A DNA stretch of 63,927 bases, filler included, from Acidimicrobiia bacterium (GCA_041577335.1; 3 parts of 3 records of this genome joined end to end with filler, not necessarily neighbours in it); one strand, 5' to 3'. Positions 9,761 to 20,009 are shown, numbered from the whole stretch's first letter. Notes: a model not told the origin generated them from the letters alone. Translations and numbers: made by a program.

Positions 9761-10166
9761 GACCATGCCGCGACTGCACGATCACCCGATTCCGGCGGTT
9801 GGCGCAGTCATCGTCGAACAGGGCCGGCTGCTCCTGATACGTCGGGGCGCACCGCCATCCGAAGGCTTGTGGGCGGTGCCGGGCGGCAAAGTCCACCACG
9901 GGGAAACCCTTCATGGAGCGGTGGTCCGGGAAGTGTTGGAGGAAACCGGCTTGGCGATAGACGTCGGCGAGGTTGCGTGGATCGGCGACACGGCTGGAGA
10001 GCCGGATCGCCATTTCGTCCTGATCGACTTCTATGCGTCGGTGGTGGGCGGCTCCCTTCGAGCAGGTGACGACGCGGCTGAAGCAGCGTGGGTTCCGCTG
10101 GCGGATGTCCGATCGCTGGCAATGCCACCGACGATGTACCAGCTCTTGGATGTGCTCGATGGTTGA
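9747..10166 (+). CDS. NUDIX hydrolase
   Basis: Nudix box GGKVHHGETLHGAVVREVLEETG. Confidence 0.9.
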   Translation: MTNAETMPRLHDHPIPAVGAVIVEQGRLLLIRRGAPPSEGLWAVPGGKVHHGETLHGAVVREVLEETGLAIDVGEVAWIGDTAGEPDRHFVLIDFYASVVGGSLRAGDDAAEAAWVPLADVRSLAMPPTMYQLLDVLDG

Positions 10167-10238
10167 CGGCGCCCTCGGCCCCGATCGGGTCACCCACGAG
10201 CGATTTCGTTCGTGGAGAGAGTCGCTTCTGGAGGATTC

Positions 10239-11567
10239 GTGAGCGAAACCCTCGCCCTGGTGCAGGAACTGATCCGCAACGCCTGCGTGAACGACGGCAC
10301 TCCCGAGTCGGGCCATGAGGAGAGATCGGTGGCGACGCTGATTCGATACCTCGGCGATCCCGAACAGGTCTTTGAGCCGCTGCCCGGCCGACAAAGCGCG
10401 CTCTATCGAGTGCCCGGGACCTCCAACGGCCCTTCGTTGATGTTGATGGGTCACCTCGATGTCGTGCCGGTGACGCCGCCAGGCTGGTCTCACGACCCCT
10501 TTGCCGGAGTGGTCGCCGATGGGTTTCTCTGGGGTCGTGGCGCTGTCGACATGCTCAACGTGACCGGCGCCATGGCGGTCACCATGCGGCGGTATCTCAC
10601 CGGCGACCTGGCGCCCCTCGCCGGTGACCTGCTCTATCTGGCCGTCGCCGATGAAGAAGCAGGTGGCTCCCATGGGGCCGGCTACATCACCGAACACCAT
10701 TGGGAGACGGTGGCCGCGGACTATGTGCTGTGTGAAATTGCCTATCCGGCGCTTGGTGTGGGCGACTTGGCGCGCCCTACCGTGAACGTTGGCGAGAAAG
10801 GTCCCTTCTGGCGCAGAGTGTTCAGCAAGGGACTGCCAGGTCACGGCAGCCAGCCTTATGCCACAGACAATGCTCTCGTGTCGATCGCTCGCGCGTTCGC
10901 GGCCCTCGCCGATGCCGACACTCCGGTATCGATCTCCGATGAATGGCGGGCGTTTGTCGACGCCGGTCCCTTCGAAGCGTCGATGAAGGAAGCCTTGATC
11001 GATCCCGACAAGGTCGATGAGGCCATCGACCGGCTTGCTCTGTCGGACCCACTCCTGGCTCGCTACGCACACGCCTGCACCCACATGACCATCGCGCCGA
11101 CTGTGTTGCGTGCGGGAGGGAAGGCCAACGTCATCCCCGACGCTGCGGAAGGCTCACTCGATGTGAGGGTGCTGCCCGGCCAGGATGACTCGACCTTCGA
11201 CGATCATCTTCGCAAAGTGCTCGGCGCCGACGCCGACCGTCTCGAAGTGCAACCGGTGTTGAACCATCCGCCTACCGCAAGCCCCGCGGAGGGAGTTCTG
11301 TGGGAAGCGCTTGCCGACGCCCACCAGGCATTGTCCGGAACACGCGAAATGATCCCCGTTCTCACCCCGGCGGCCACCGATGCTCGCCTGTGGCGAGCGA
11401 GAGGCGCCACTGCGTACGGAGCAGGATGGTTCGACGATCTAGTCGACTTTGGAACGTTCTTGTCGATGTTTCACGGCCATGACGAGCGCATCAGCCTCAC
11501 TTCCCTCGAACGCACCGAGCGGTTCCTGTCGGCAACCGTCGATGCGTTCGGCAAGAGAACCTCGTGA
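10239..11567 (+). CDS. M20/M25/M40 family metallo-hydrolase
   Basis: GHLDVVP, GRGAVDM, ADEEAGG, HGHDE metal-binding motifs; start set at GTG 10239 after GGAGG. Confidence 0.9.
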   Translation: MSETLALVQELIRNACVNDGTPESGHEERSVATLIRYLGDPEQVFEPLPGRQSALYRVPGTSNGPSLMLMGHLDVVPVTPPGWSHDPFAGVVADGFLWGRGAVDMLNVTGAMAVTMRRYLTGDLAPLAGDLLYLAVADEEAGGSHGAGYITEHHWETVAADYVLCEIAYPALGVGDLARPTVNVGEKGPFWRRVFSKGLPGHGSQPYATDNALVSIARAFAALADADTPVSISDEWRAFVDAGPFEASMKEALIDPDKVDEAIDRLALSDPLLARYAHACTHMTIAPTVLRAGGKANVIPDAAEGSLDVRVLPGQDDSTFDDHLRKVLGADADRLEVQPVLNHPPTASPAEGVLWEALADAHQALSGTREMIPVLTPAATDARLWRARGATAYGAGWFDDLVDFGTFLSMFHGHDERISLTSLERTERFLSATVDAFGKRTS

Positions 11568-12394
11568 CGACTTTCATCTTCGATCTCGACGGAGTCCTGT
11601 ATCGCGGAGAGCGGACCGTCCCCGGCGCCGGAGAGGCGCTGACAACGATCGCCGCGGCGGGCCATCGCGTTCTCTTCGCCACGAACGATTCCCATCGAGT
11701 CCGGTCGGGCATCGCCGAGAAGATCGAGCGGCGCACGGGTTTCCCGGTGGAGCCGGAGCAAATCGTCACATCGGCGATGGCGGCAGCAGAGCTGGCCACA
11801 TCGCTCGGAGTCTGCCGCCCGCTCATCGTCGGTGGTCCGGGCATATTCGAGGCGATTGCCGCCATAGGCGGGACGGGACAGGTCGAGGTCGAGGGAGCCG
11901 ACAGTGTCATCGTCGGGCTGGACTATGACATCACATACGAATCGATCCATCGAGCAATGACGGTGGCGCGAGACGGCCGACCATTCATCGCCACGAACCG
12001 AGACGCTACGTTCCCTGCGGACGGATCCCTCAAACCAGGCGCAGGGTCCATCGTGGCTGCCGTCGCCGAGGCAGCCGGGCTCACCCCGATGACCGCCGGC
12101 AAGCCTGCCGCCCCCATGATCGACGTCCTGCGCCGGATGGTAGGACCCGGCGCGGTTGTCATCGTCGGTGATCGGCCGGAGACCGATCTCGCCATGGGCA
12201 AGAAAGCAGGCTGGGTCACGGTCGGTGTCGGAACCGGCGTCATCGCCGGACCCGACGAAATCCCCGCAGATCTCCAACCTGACCTCTACTTGGAAAGCGT
12301 GGCCGAGTTGCCGCAAGCGGCTCTCGCCAAAGGCTGGTTGCAGGACATGCTCGATTTCGACCCGAACGCCCCACAAACCGAGAGCGCTGAGTGA
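11564..12394 (+). CDS. HAD-IIA family hydrolase (NagD-like)
   Basis: FDLDGV, ATN, GKP, VGDRPETD motifs; usual position upstream of tlyA. Confidence 0.92.
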   Translation: MTTFIFDLDGVLYRGERTVPGAGEALTTIAAAGHRVLFATNDSHRVRSGIAEKIERRTGFPVEPEQIVTSAMAAAELATSLGVCRPLIVGGPGIFEAIAAIGGTGQVEVEGADSVIVGLDYDITYESIHRAMTVARDGRPFIATNRDATFPADGSLKPGAGSIVAAVAEAAGLTPMTAGKPAAPMIDVLRRMVGPGAVVIVGDRPETDLAMGKKAGWVTVGVGTGVIAGPDEIPADLQPDLYLESVAELPQAALAKGWLQDMLDFDPNAPQTESAE

Positions 12395-12465
12395 GTCGAC
12401 CAGGGAGGTCTCCCGTGCGGTGGACGTCCCGAAGGTGGCGGCGGGCCGTCCGCAAAGCAACAATC

Positions 12466-12487
12466 CGTCGCTGGGGAGGGTCATAAT
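12466..12487 (+). promoter_or_regulatory. Candidate PafBC-type promoter for the ORF-tlyA-nadK-recN operon
   Basis: CGTCGC-N10-CATAAT, 6 nt before ATG 12494; near match to mycobacterial TGTCGG-N10-TANNNT. Confidence 0.4.
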
Positions 12488-12493
12488 GGGGCG

Positions 12494-12718
12494 ATGGAAC
12501 CCACCAATCAGGAAACCGCCAATCAAGAACCGACCAATCAGACTGCCGACGCCATGCTGAGAGGACAGGAGGACGAGCACCTCGACTTCGAGGCCGATCT
12601 CGCCGCGCTGAAGACGATGGATCCCGCCGACAGCCCGGGACGTGCGCAGGCGATCGCCGACCACCTCATGCGTGAGCTCAACTCGAATTCGATGACCGGT
12701 GACACCGCAGCGTCTTGA
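12494..12718 (+). CDS. Small acidic hypothetical protein
   Basis: 74-aa ORF with -10-like hexamer upstream; EPTNQ/ETANQ/EPTNQ repeat; overlaps tlyA start. Confidence 0.55.
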   Translation: MEPTNQETANQEPTNQTADAMLRGQEDEHLDFEADLAALKTMDPADSPGRAQAIADHLMRELNSNSMTGDTAAS

Positions 12719-13484
12719 CCAGGTGCTCGTGGACCGTGGCCTTGCTCCCAGCAGGGCAGCCGCCCGTCGGGCCATCAAAGACGGCGCCGTGATCGTCGAC
12801 GGCAACCTCGTTCGGAAACCAGCGCGCCAAACGCCGCCGTCCGTCGAGATCGAAATCGACGATGAAGCGCGACGGGTAGGACGGGGAGGGCGCAAACTCT
12901 CCTTCGCTTTTCGGTATTTCCCCATCGACCCGGGCGGGAGGAGAGCACTCGATGCCGGGGCATCCACCGGCGGATTCACCGAGGAGCTGTTGCGTGTTGG
13001 AGCAGAGTCTGTCGTGGCGGTCGATGTCGGGCACGGCCAGCTCGACGCCGAGCTGGCCGCCGACCCGCGCGTCCGGAATATCGAGGGTGTGAATGTTCGG
13101 TCACTCACGGCGGGCGACCTCGGCGGGCCATTCGACCTCTTGGTCGTGGATCTTTCCTTTATCTCGCTCGGCAAGGTTGCCCAGGGCCTCGCCACCCAGA
13201 TCGGCGACGATGCAGACGTCGTCCTTCTCGTCAAGCCGCAATTCGAGGTCGGCCCCGATCGCGTCGATCGGGGCGGGATCGTTCGGTCGAGCGAAGCTCG
13301 GCTCCAAGCGTTGGTCGACGTCGCCGGCGCATGGGGCCGGCTTGGCTGGCACGTGCACGGCGCGGTGCGCTCACCGGTTCTCGGCGGGGACGGCAACGTC
13401 GAGTATCTGATGTGGTTGCGCAACTCACCGGGGCCCGCCATGACCTCCGCCTTTGCGGAGCTTGCCGCACCGGAGGCGCCATGA
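12699..13484 (+). CDS. tlyA: TlyA family rRNA 2'-O-methyltransferase
   Basis: S4 domain RLDQVLVDRGLA, DAGASTGGFT, DLSFIS, LVKPQFE, GNVEY. Confidence 0.95.
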   Translation: MTPQRLDQVLVDRGLAPSRAAARRAIKDGAVIVDGNLVRKPARQTPPSVEIEIDDEARRVGRGGRKLSFAFRYFPIDPGGRRALDAGASTGGFTEELLRVGAESVVAVDVGHGQLDAELAADPRVRNIEGVNVRSLTAGDLGGPFDLLVVDLSFISLGKVAQGLATQIGDDADVVLLVKPQFEVGPDRVDRGGIVRSSEARLQALVDVAGAWGRLGWHVHGAVRSPVLGGDGNVEYLMWLRNSPGPAMTSAFAELAAPEAP

Positions 13485-14302
13485 GGGTCGGGCTGGTGGT
13501 TCGTGCCGAGTCGGCGGGCACAAATGAAGTTGCCTCCACCGTGCTGGCGGCCGCCGAGGCGCGCGGCATCGAGGCCGTTGCGGTGGATGAACATTCTGAC
13601 GATGACCTGGGCCATTGCGATGTCGTGATCGCCGTCGGTGGTGATGGCACGGTTCTCGAGGCCGCTCGCCATGCGCTCGCCGATGGTGCCGCCGTCGTGG
13701 GCATCAACACCGGGCGCGTCGGCTTCCTCGCCGATGCCGAGCCGCACGAGGCCGAGCGGATCGTCGAGCTTATCGCGACTGGCTCGTGGACGGAGACCTC
13801 TCGGATGACGGTGAGCGCCGCCATCGACGATGGGCCATTCCACACGGGTCTCAACGACGTGGTAGTCGAGAAGGTGACGTCGCAGCGACTCGTGTCTCTC
13901 GAGGTGTACGTCGATGGCGAGCGATTTCTCACCTACCGCGCCGATGGTCTTGTTTTTGCAACGCCGACCGGCTCGACCGCGTACAACCTGTCTGCCGGTG
14001 GCCCAATCGTCGACCCCCGCGTCGACGCGCTCCTCGTGACGCCGGTGGCTCCCTATTCGCAATTCCGCAGGGCTCTGGCGCTCCCACCGTCCGTGTTGCT
14101 GAAGTGCAGGATCACCCACGATCGGCCCGCCGGCGTGAACGTCGACGGGCGCGACCTCGGTATCGTCCAGCCGGGACAAGTCGTTCGCATTCGAGCCGGC
14201 GAGTCGCGAGTGCGGTTCGTCGACATCGGGAAACGCTCATACACCCAGACAGTGAAAGAGAAGCTCCGCTTGTACGAGGGCCTCGACGGAGCCAGCCTCT
14301 GA
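13481..14302 (+). CDS. nadK: NAD(+) kinase
   Basis: GGDGT, LNDVV, TPTGSTAYNLSAGGP; ATG 13481 overlaps tlyA stop. Confidence 0.95.
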   Translation: MRVGLVVRAESAGTNEVASTVLAAAEARGIEAVAVDEHSDDDLGHCDVVIAVGGDGTVLEAARHALADGAAVVGINTGRVGFLADAEPHEAERIVELIATGSWTETSRMTVSAAIDDGPFHTGLNDVVVEKVTSQRLVSLEVYVDGERFLTYRADGLVFATPTGSTAYNLSAGGPIVDPRVDALLVTPVAPYSQFRRALALPPSVLLKCRITHDRPAGVNVDGRDLGIVQPGQVVRIRAGESRVRFVDIGKRSYTQTVKEKLRLYEGLDGASL

Positions 14303-15909
14303 TGCTGGATGAGCTGTCGGTAGCCAATCTGGGCATCATCGGCCAAGCTCGAATCGAGCCAGGGCCAGGACTGGTCGTCGTGACCGGAGAAACTGGCGCC
14401 GGAAAGACCTTGCTGTTCGGAGCGCTGCAGCTGCTCCTGGGGATGCCCGCCCGTTCCGGGATGGTGGGCCCCGAGGGTGATGAAGCGCTCGTCGAAGGGC
14501 GGTTCATCGTCGACGGCGAGGAGGTGGTGGTGTCGCGCCGACTGGCGAAGGCGGGGCGGTCACGGTCATATCTCAACGGCGCCATGGCGCCGCTCTCCTC
14601 GATCGGCGAGGCGACCTCGGGGATCGTCGAAGTGGTAGCGCAACATGACCAGTTGAGCATCACTCGAGCCGCCGAGATACGGCGGATGATCGATCGCCTG
14701 CTCGACGAAGAAGGTTTGTCTGCTGTGGCCGCCTACCAGGCCCTCTGGGATCGGTACGAACAATTGAGATTGCTACGTGAGGAGCTCGGTGGGGATGCCA
14801 GGGCGCTCGAGCGAGAACGCGCCCTGGCCGAATGGCAAGCCAACGAGATCGGCGACGCCGGCTTCGAAGAGGGCGAGGACACCCAGATTGACAGGACGCT
14901 CCGCAAACTTCGCGGCGCTGCCGAATTGCACGCACTGCTCGGAGAGGCGCACGCCTCACTCGACGTGGCAATCGATCAAGTGGGCGGGGCACGCACCCTT
15001 CTTCAGAAAGCAGCCCGGGTCGATGACGACCTCTCGCCGGCTGTGGCCGCTCTTGGAGATTCGCTCGAGGTGGTGGCCGATCTCGCCCGAGATATCCGCG
15101 AGCACACCGAGGTCTCCGAAGCCGATCCCGAGGTCCTCGAGCAGGCAGAACGGCGAATGGCACTCCTCGGTGACCTTCGCCGCAAGTACGGCGACACGCT
15201 CGCCGAGGTCCTGCAGTTCGGGGAGCAAGCGGCCAAACGCGCCTCCGAACTGGAGGCCCTCGCGACCAAAGCGGCCTCGCTCGACCATGATGAGGCCGCT
15301 CTCGTCTCCGAGCTGGAGGCGATCGGAGGAACCCTGCAACGGGCTCGCCGGCGCGCTGGTGGAAAGCTCGCCGAGGAGGCCGTCGGCCACCTCCGAGACC
15401 TGGGCTTCGCCGAGCCGGTCATCGAGATTTCCGTCGACGAGCGCGATCCTCACCGGGCAGGCGCTGATCACGTCTCGCTGCTCTTTGCTTCGGACGAAAG
15501 ACTCGAGCCGGGGCCTGTTGCCAAGGTAGCCAGTGGTGGCGAGCTGAGCCGCCTGGTTCTGGCGCTTCGATTGGCCGGCGGCGCCGGAGACGCGCCGGTG
15601 ATTGCTTTCGACGAGATCGATGCCGGGGTGGGAGGAAAGACCGGCTTGGCGCTCGGCAAGAAGCTCGCCGAGCTCGCCAGAACTCAGCAGGTGCTCGCCG
15701 TCACCCATCTGCCCCAGCTTGCTGCCTTCGCGAACGAGCATTACGTGGTCGAGCGAGCCGGTTCCCGTGCCTCCACCCGCCACCTCCGCGACGAGGACCG
15801 CGCTGCGGAGCTGTCGCGCATGCTCGCCGGCCTCGACGAGTCCACCCAGGGCCAGGAGCACGCAGAAGAGTTGCTGAGGACGGCCCGCCGGCTCGGCAAG
15901 CACCCGTGA
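14302..15909 (+). CDS. recN: DNA repair protein RecN
   Basis: TGETGAGKT Walker A, SGGELSR signature, FDEIDAGVGG, THLPQLAA. Confidence 0.96.
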   Translation: MLDELSVANLGIIGQARIEPGPGLVVVTGETGAGKTLLFGALQLLLGMPARSGMVGPEGDEALVEGRFIVDGEEVVVSRRLAKAGRSRSYLNGAMAPLSSIGEATSGIVEVVAQHDQLSITRAAEIRRMIDRLLDEEGLSAVAAYQALWDRYEQLRLLREELGGDARALERERALAEWQANEIGDAGFEEGEDTQIDRTLRKLRGAAELHALLGEAHASLDVAIDQVGGARTLLQKAARVDDDLSPAVAALGDSLEVVADLARDIREHTEVSEADPEVLEQAERRMALLGDLRRKYGDTLAEVLQFGEQAAKRASELEALATKAASLDHDEAALVSELEAIGGTLQRARRRAGGKLAEEAVGHLRDLGFAEPVIEISVDERDPHRAGADHVSLLFASDERLEPGPVAKVASGGELSRLVLALRLAGGAGDAPVIAFDEIDAGVGGKTGLALGKKLAELARTQQVLAVTHLPQLAAFANEHYVVERAGSRASTRHLRDEDRAAELSRMLAGLDESTQGQEHAEELLRTARRLGKHP

Positions 15910-15953
15910 GGCGCCTTCGGGCGTAGGATCGCTGCCAGAAAGGAAGGAGTCCG

Positions 15954-17549
15954 GTGGATGTTTCCACGACCCAGCTGACGCCACTGCTGTTTCTGGAACG
16001 GTCAGCGCAGGTGTTTCCCGATAAGACCATGTTCCGGCATGGCGATCGCGCTTTCACCTACTCCGAGTTCGCCGGACGTTGCCAGCAGGTGGCGAGTGCC
16101 TTGCGTGCCTCGGGTGTCGGACCAGGAGACCGGGTCGCCTTTCTGTCGCCCAACACTCCGGACATGTTGGCCGCCCACTTCGGTGTGCCCCTCGCCGGGG
16201 CAGTGCTGGTGGCGGTCAACACCCGATTGGCTCCGCCCGAGATCCAATACATCTGTGACCATTCGGGCGCCAGGATGCTCTTCGTGGACACCGGCCTCGC
16301 CGAGCCTATCCAACCGATTATCGCCAACCTCGCCACCGTGGCCGAGGTGGTGTTGATCGACGACGCCGGCATATCAACAGACCTTCGGGGAACCACCTAT
16401 GCCGAATTCTTGGAACGCAGCGCCGGCGATGAACTTCCCTGGCGGGTGGCCGATGAGCACCTGCCGATCTCGATCAACTACACATCCGGCACGACGGGTC
16501 GACCCAAGGGTGTCGTGTACACCCATCGCGGGGCGTACCTCAACTCGTTGGGGGAGATCATCCACTCCCGGCACTCGCCGGATTCGGTGTACCTGTGGAC
16601 ACTGCCCATGTTTCATTGCAACGGCTGGTGCACCACCTGGGCGGTGACAGCCATCGGTGGCACCCATGTCGGCCTCAGAGCGGTCGACCCCGGTGAGATA
16701 TGGCGCCTCATTCGCGAAGCGGGCGTGACCCATTTGAATGCGGCCCCAACCGTGCTCATTTCGCTTGCCAACCATCCCGACGCTGCCCCGGTCGACCGTG
16801 AGCTCACGGTGACGACTGCCGGAGCTCCACCTAGTCCGACGATCATTGCTGAGATGGAGCGGCTGGGCATGTCGATGGTGCATGTCTACGGCCTCACCGA
16901 GACGTACGGGCCCCACACCGTCTGCGAGTGGCAGGACGATTGGGTGCGCCTCGAACAAGGAGACCGAGCGGCGATGCTCGCCCGCCAAGGTGTGGCGTTC
17001 ATCGGAGTCGACCCGATACGGGTCGTTGACGAAGACATGAATGACGTGCCCCGCGACGGCACCACGATGGGCGAAGTCGTCATGCGCGGAAACAATGTGA
17101 TGGCCGGCTACTACGACGACCCCGAAGCCACCGAGGCTGCCTTCCGGGGGGGATGGTTCCACTCGGGAGACGTCGGCGTCTGGTATCCCGACGGTTACAT
17201 CGCGCTGCGGGATAGGTCCAAAGATGTCATCGTGTCAGGTGGAGAGAACATTTCGACGATCGAAGTCGAGCAGGCGCTCATGAGCCACCCTGGCGTTCTC
17301 GAGGCTGCCGTCGTGGCAGTGCCACACGAGCATTGGGGCGAGCGCCCGAAAGGCTTTGTCGTGAGGAAACCGGGCGCGACGATTTCGGAATCCGAACTGA
17401 TCGAACATGTGCGGAGCCAAATCGCCAAGTACAAGGCCCCTGATGAGGTGGAGTTGGTTGAGGCGCTTCCCAAGACCTCCACCGGCAAGATCCAGAAGTA
17501 CGTGCTGCGCGAAAAGGAATGGGCCGGAAGAGAATCACGCGTGAACTGA
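15954..17549 (+). CDS. Acyl-CoA synthetase (AMP-binding, ttLC-FACS/AAE-like)
   Basis: YTSGTTGRPKG, YGLTET, HSGD, SGGENISTIEVE, LPKTSTGKI. Confidence 0.93.
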   Translation: MDVSTTQLTPLLFLERSAQVFPDKTMFRHGDRAFTYSEFAGRCQQVASALRASGVGPGDRVAFLSPNTPDMLAAHFGVPLAGAVLVAVNTRLAPPEIQYICDHSGARMLFVDTGLAEPIQPIIANLATVAEVVLIDDAGISTDLRGTTYAEFLERSAGDELPWRVADEHLPISINYTSGTTGRPKGVVYTHRGAYLNSLGEIIHSRHSPDSVYLWTLPMFHCNGWCTTWAVTAIGGTHVGLRAVDPGEIWRLIREAGVTHLNAAPTVLISLANHPDAAPVDRELTVTTAGAPPSPTIIAEMERLGMSMVHVYGLTETYGPHTVCEWQDDWVRLEQGDRAAMLARQGVAFIGVDPIRVVDEDMNDVPRDGTTMGEVVMRGNNVMAGYYDDPEATEAAFRGGWFHSGDVGVWYPDGYIALRDRSKDVIVSGGENISTIEVEQALMSHPGVLEAAVVAVPHEHWGERPKGFVVRKPGATISESELIEHVRSQIAKYKAPDEVELVEALPKTSTGKIQKYVLREKEWAGRESRVN

Positions 17550-17612
17550 TTCGATCGGATCGAAATCCGCTCGAGCTGACTTTTCCCTCTTGGCTCGGCT
17601 TCCCTGCCAGGG
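17550..17612 (+). repeat. Degenerate partial copy C of the hairpin element
   Basis: TCGATCGGAT-CGAA-ATCCGCTCGA 1 nt after the stop codon, then GGCTCGGCT shared with copy B. Confidence 0.45.
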
Positions 17613-17726
17613 GCCTTGCGGCGGCTGATCCGTGTGAGTCGGGGGTTCGGTACCAGATCTTCGTGACCACTGATCGGCGGGGGGATCGCGCGTCGAGTGA
17701 GATATGCCGGGCGGGTGGGGGGTAGG

Positions 17727-17746
17727 TGCTACGCTGACATCCCGTG
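17727..17746 (+). promoter_or_regulatory. Extended -10 promoter with leaderless pyrG start
   Basis: TG-C-TACGCT (17727-17735), GACAT, CCC, then GTG at 17744; no SD sequence. Confidence 0.65.
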
Positions 17747-19396
17747 ACGAAATACATCTTCGTAACGGGTGGCGTGGTCTCTTCTCTCGGCAAGGGTATT
17801 ACCGCAGCTTCCCTTGGTCGCCTTCTCAAAGCCCGTGGTCTCAACGTCGTTCTTCAGAAGCTCGATCCGTACATCAACGTCGACCCCGGCACAATGAACC
17901 CTTTCCAGCACGGGGAGGTCTTCGTGACCGACGACGGAGGCGAGACCGACCTCGACCTCGGTCACTACGAGCGGTTCACGGGAGTGAACCTTCGTCGCGA
18001 TGCATCGGTCTCGGCGGGAGCCATTTATCTTTCGGTGATTCAGAAGGAGCGGCGAGGCGATTATCTCGGCGGAACCGTCCAGGTCATCCCGCACATAACG
18101 AACGAGATCAAGGCCCGCATCAAGCGAATGGGTGACCGAGACGACGTCGATGTCGTGATATCCGAGGTCGGTGGCACGGTCGGCGACATCGAAGGATTGC
18201 CGTTCCTCGAGGCCATCCGTCAATTCGGCAAGGACGTCGGTCGAGACAACGTTGCCTACATCCATGTGACGCTGGTTCCCTACATCTCGTCGTCGGAGGA
18301 GCTGAAGTCGAAGCCCACCCAGCACTCCGTTGCCGAGCTTCGCAGCAGGGGCATTCACCCCGATGTGATCGTGGTGCGCTCCGATCGCGAGATCGACGAC
18401 TCGGTACGGCGCAAGATCAGCCTCTTCTGTGATGTCGACGCCGACGCGGTGATCAATGCGACCGACGCCGCCGACATCTACGAGGTGCCGCTCCACCTCC
18501 ACGAACGGGGCCTCGACAAGGTGATCACCAAACGCCTCGGCATCGAAGCTCCGACGCCCGACCTCACGGTATGGCGGACCATGGTGGAGCGCGCCGCCGC
18601 CCCTACCGAGACGGTGACCGTGGGTGTCGTCGGCAAATACGTCGACCTTCCCGATGCCTATCTCTCGGTAGTCGAGGCGCTCCGGCATGGGGCGCTCAAC
18701 AACGACGTCAAGCTCGACCTCCGGTGGGTGCCCGCCGAGGAGATGACCGGCTTGTACGCCGGCGCTCACATGGAGGGTCTCGACGGGATCCTCGTTCCCG
18801 GTGGCTTCGGCCATCGGGGAGTCGAAGGAAAGATCGCAGCGATCCGCCACGCTCGTGAGCAGGGCATACCGTTTCTGGGCCTGTGCCTCGGCCTGCAATG
18901 TGCTGTCATCGAGCTCGCCCGCAACGTTGCCGGCCTCGCCAACGCCGACAGCAGCGAGTTCGACCCGGTGACCCCCCACCCGGTGATCGACCTCATGGAG
19001 TCGCAGCAGGAGGTCGACGAGAAGGGCGGCACCATGCGCCTCGGTCTCTATGCAGCCAAACTGGCGGAAGGCTCACGCGTGCGCTCGTTGTACGGGGAGG
19101 CGGTCGTGTACGAACGGCATCGACACCGTTACGAGGTCAACAACAAGTACCGCAAAGAGCTCGAAGCGGCCGGTATGGCGCTCAGTGGCGTTTCGCCGGA
19201 CGACCGATTGGTCGAATTCATAGAGCTTCCCGCCCATCCGTTTTTCGTGGCGACGCAGGCCCATCCCGAGTTGAAGTCCCGTCCGGATGACCCGCATCCC
19301 CTCTTCGACGGATTTGTGGCGGCGGCCGTGCAGCGGTCGCATGCATTCCCGGCAAGTCTCGTCGAGGAAGTCGTGGGGGAGACCGTTCCTTCCTGA
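17744..19396 (+). CDS. pyrG: CTP synthase
   Basis: [32 protein letters not shown] glutaminase motifs. Confidence 0.98.
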   Translation: MTKYIFVTGGVVSSLGKGITAASLGRLLKARGLNVVLQKLDPYINVDPGTMNPFQHGEVFVTDDGGETDLDLGHYERFTGVNLRRDASVSAGAIYLSVIQKERRGDYLGGTVQVIPHITNEIKARIKRMGDRDDVDVVISEVGGTVGDIEGLPFLEAIRQFGKDVGRDNVAYIHVTLVPYISSSEELKSKPTQHSVAELRSRGIHPDVIVVRSDREIDDSVRRKISLFCDVDADAVINATDAADIYEVPLHLHERGLDKVITKRLGIEAPTPDLTVWRTMVERAAAPTETVTVGVVGKYVDLPDAYLSVVEALRHGALNNDVKLDLRWVPAEEMTGLYAGAHMEGLDGILVPGGFGHRGVEGKIAAIRHAREQGIPFLGLCLGLQCAVIELARNVAGLANADSSEFDPVTPHPVIDLMESQQEVDEKGGTMRLGLYAAKLAEGSRVRSLYGEAVVYERHRHRYEVNNKYRKELEAAGMALSGVSPDDRLVEFIELPAHPFFVATQAHPELKSRPDDPHPLFDGFVAAAVQRSHAFPASLVEEVVGETVPS

Positions 19397-19451
19397 GATG
19401 GGCCGTGAGCGCTCGGGTTCCTCAGATCTCCGATTCTGATTTGGAGCTGAT

Positions 19452-20009
19452 ATGGAGTGGAAACCGCACCGAACAGAGCGTCTGGCGACCGGTTTGTTCT
19501 TCGAGTTCGACCGGATGTTCTTTCGCGATGATGACGGGAAAGAATTGCCCCGTGATGTGATTCGTCACAGAGGCGGAGTATCCGTGCTTCCCATCGACGG
19601 TGAGAAGATCACACTCATTCGCCAACACCGGGTAGCGGTGGGCTCCGACCTTCTCGAGGCCCCTGCCGGAAAGCTCGACCGGGGAGAGGATCCACGCGCC
19701 GCAGCTCATCGTGAATGCATCGAGGAGGTGGGTCTCGAGCCCGTCACGCTCATCGACATCGGCCCCATGGAGACGAGTCCTGGCTTCACCGACGAGATCA
19801 TCCACCTCTATATCGCAGACGGTGTCAAACGGGTGGTCGCCCAGCCGGAAGGCGCCGAGGAGCACCATGCTGAGATCGTGGAAATGGGCCTTGGGGAAGC
19901 CGTGGCTGCCATCGAGGCGGGTGAGATCAGTGATGCCAAGACGAGAGTTCTCATCCTCACAGCGCTTCACCGACAGGATCTGCAGGATCGCGGTGCCCAC
20001 CAACCATGA
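19452..20009 (+). CDS. NUDIX hydrolase (ADP-ribose pyrophosphatase-like)
   Basis: PAGKLDRGEDPRAAAHRECIEEVG, SPGFTDE, DAKT; between pyrG and xerD. Confidence 0.9.
   Translation: MEWKPHRTERLATGLFFEFDRMFFRDDDGKELPRDVIRHRGGVSVLPIDGEKITLIRQHRVAVGSDLLEAPAGKLDRGEDPRAAAHRECIEEVGLEPVTLIDIGPMETSPGFTDEIIHLYIADGVKRVVAQPEGAEEHHAEIVEMGLGEAVAAIEAGEISDAKTRVLILTALHRQDLQDRGAHQP

Noticed and set aside
11471..14179. 902-aa minus-strand ORF, and similar long antisense ORFs (202-1593, 9567-11084, 17729-18979, 33971-35500, 35427-36806)
   Set aside because: They shadow well-supported plus-strand genes and show no recognisable motifs; long stop-free antisense frames are expected in high-GC coding DNA
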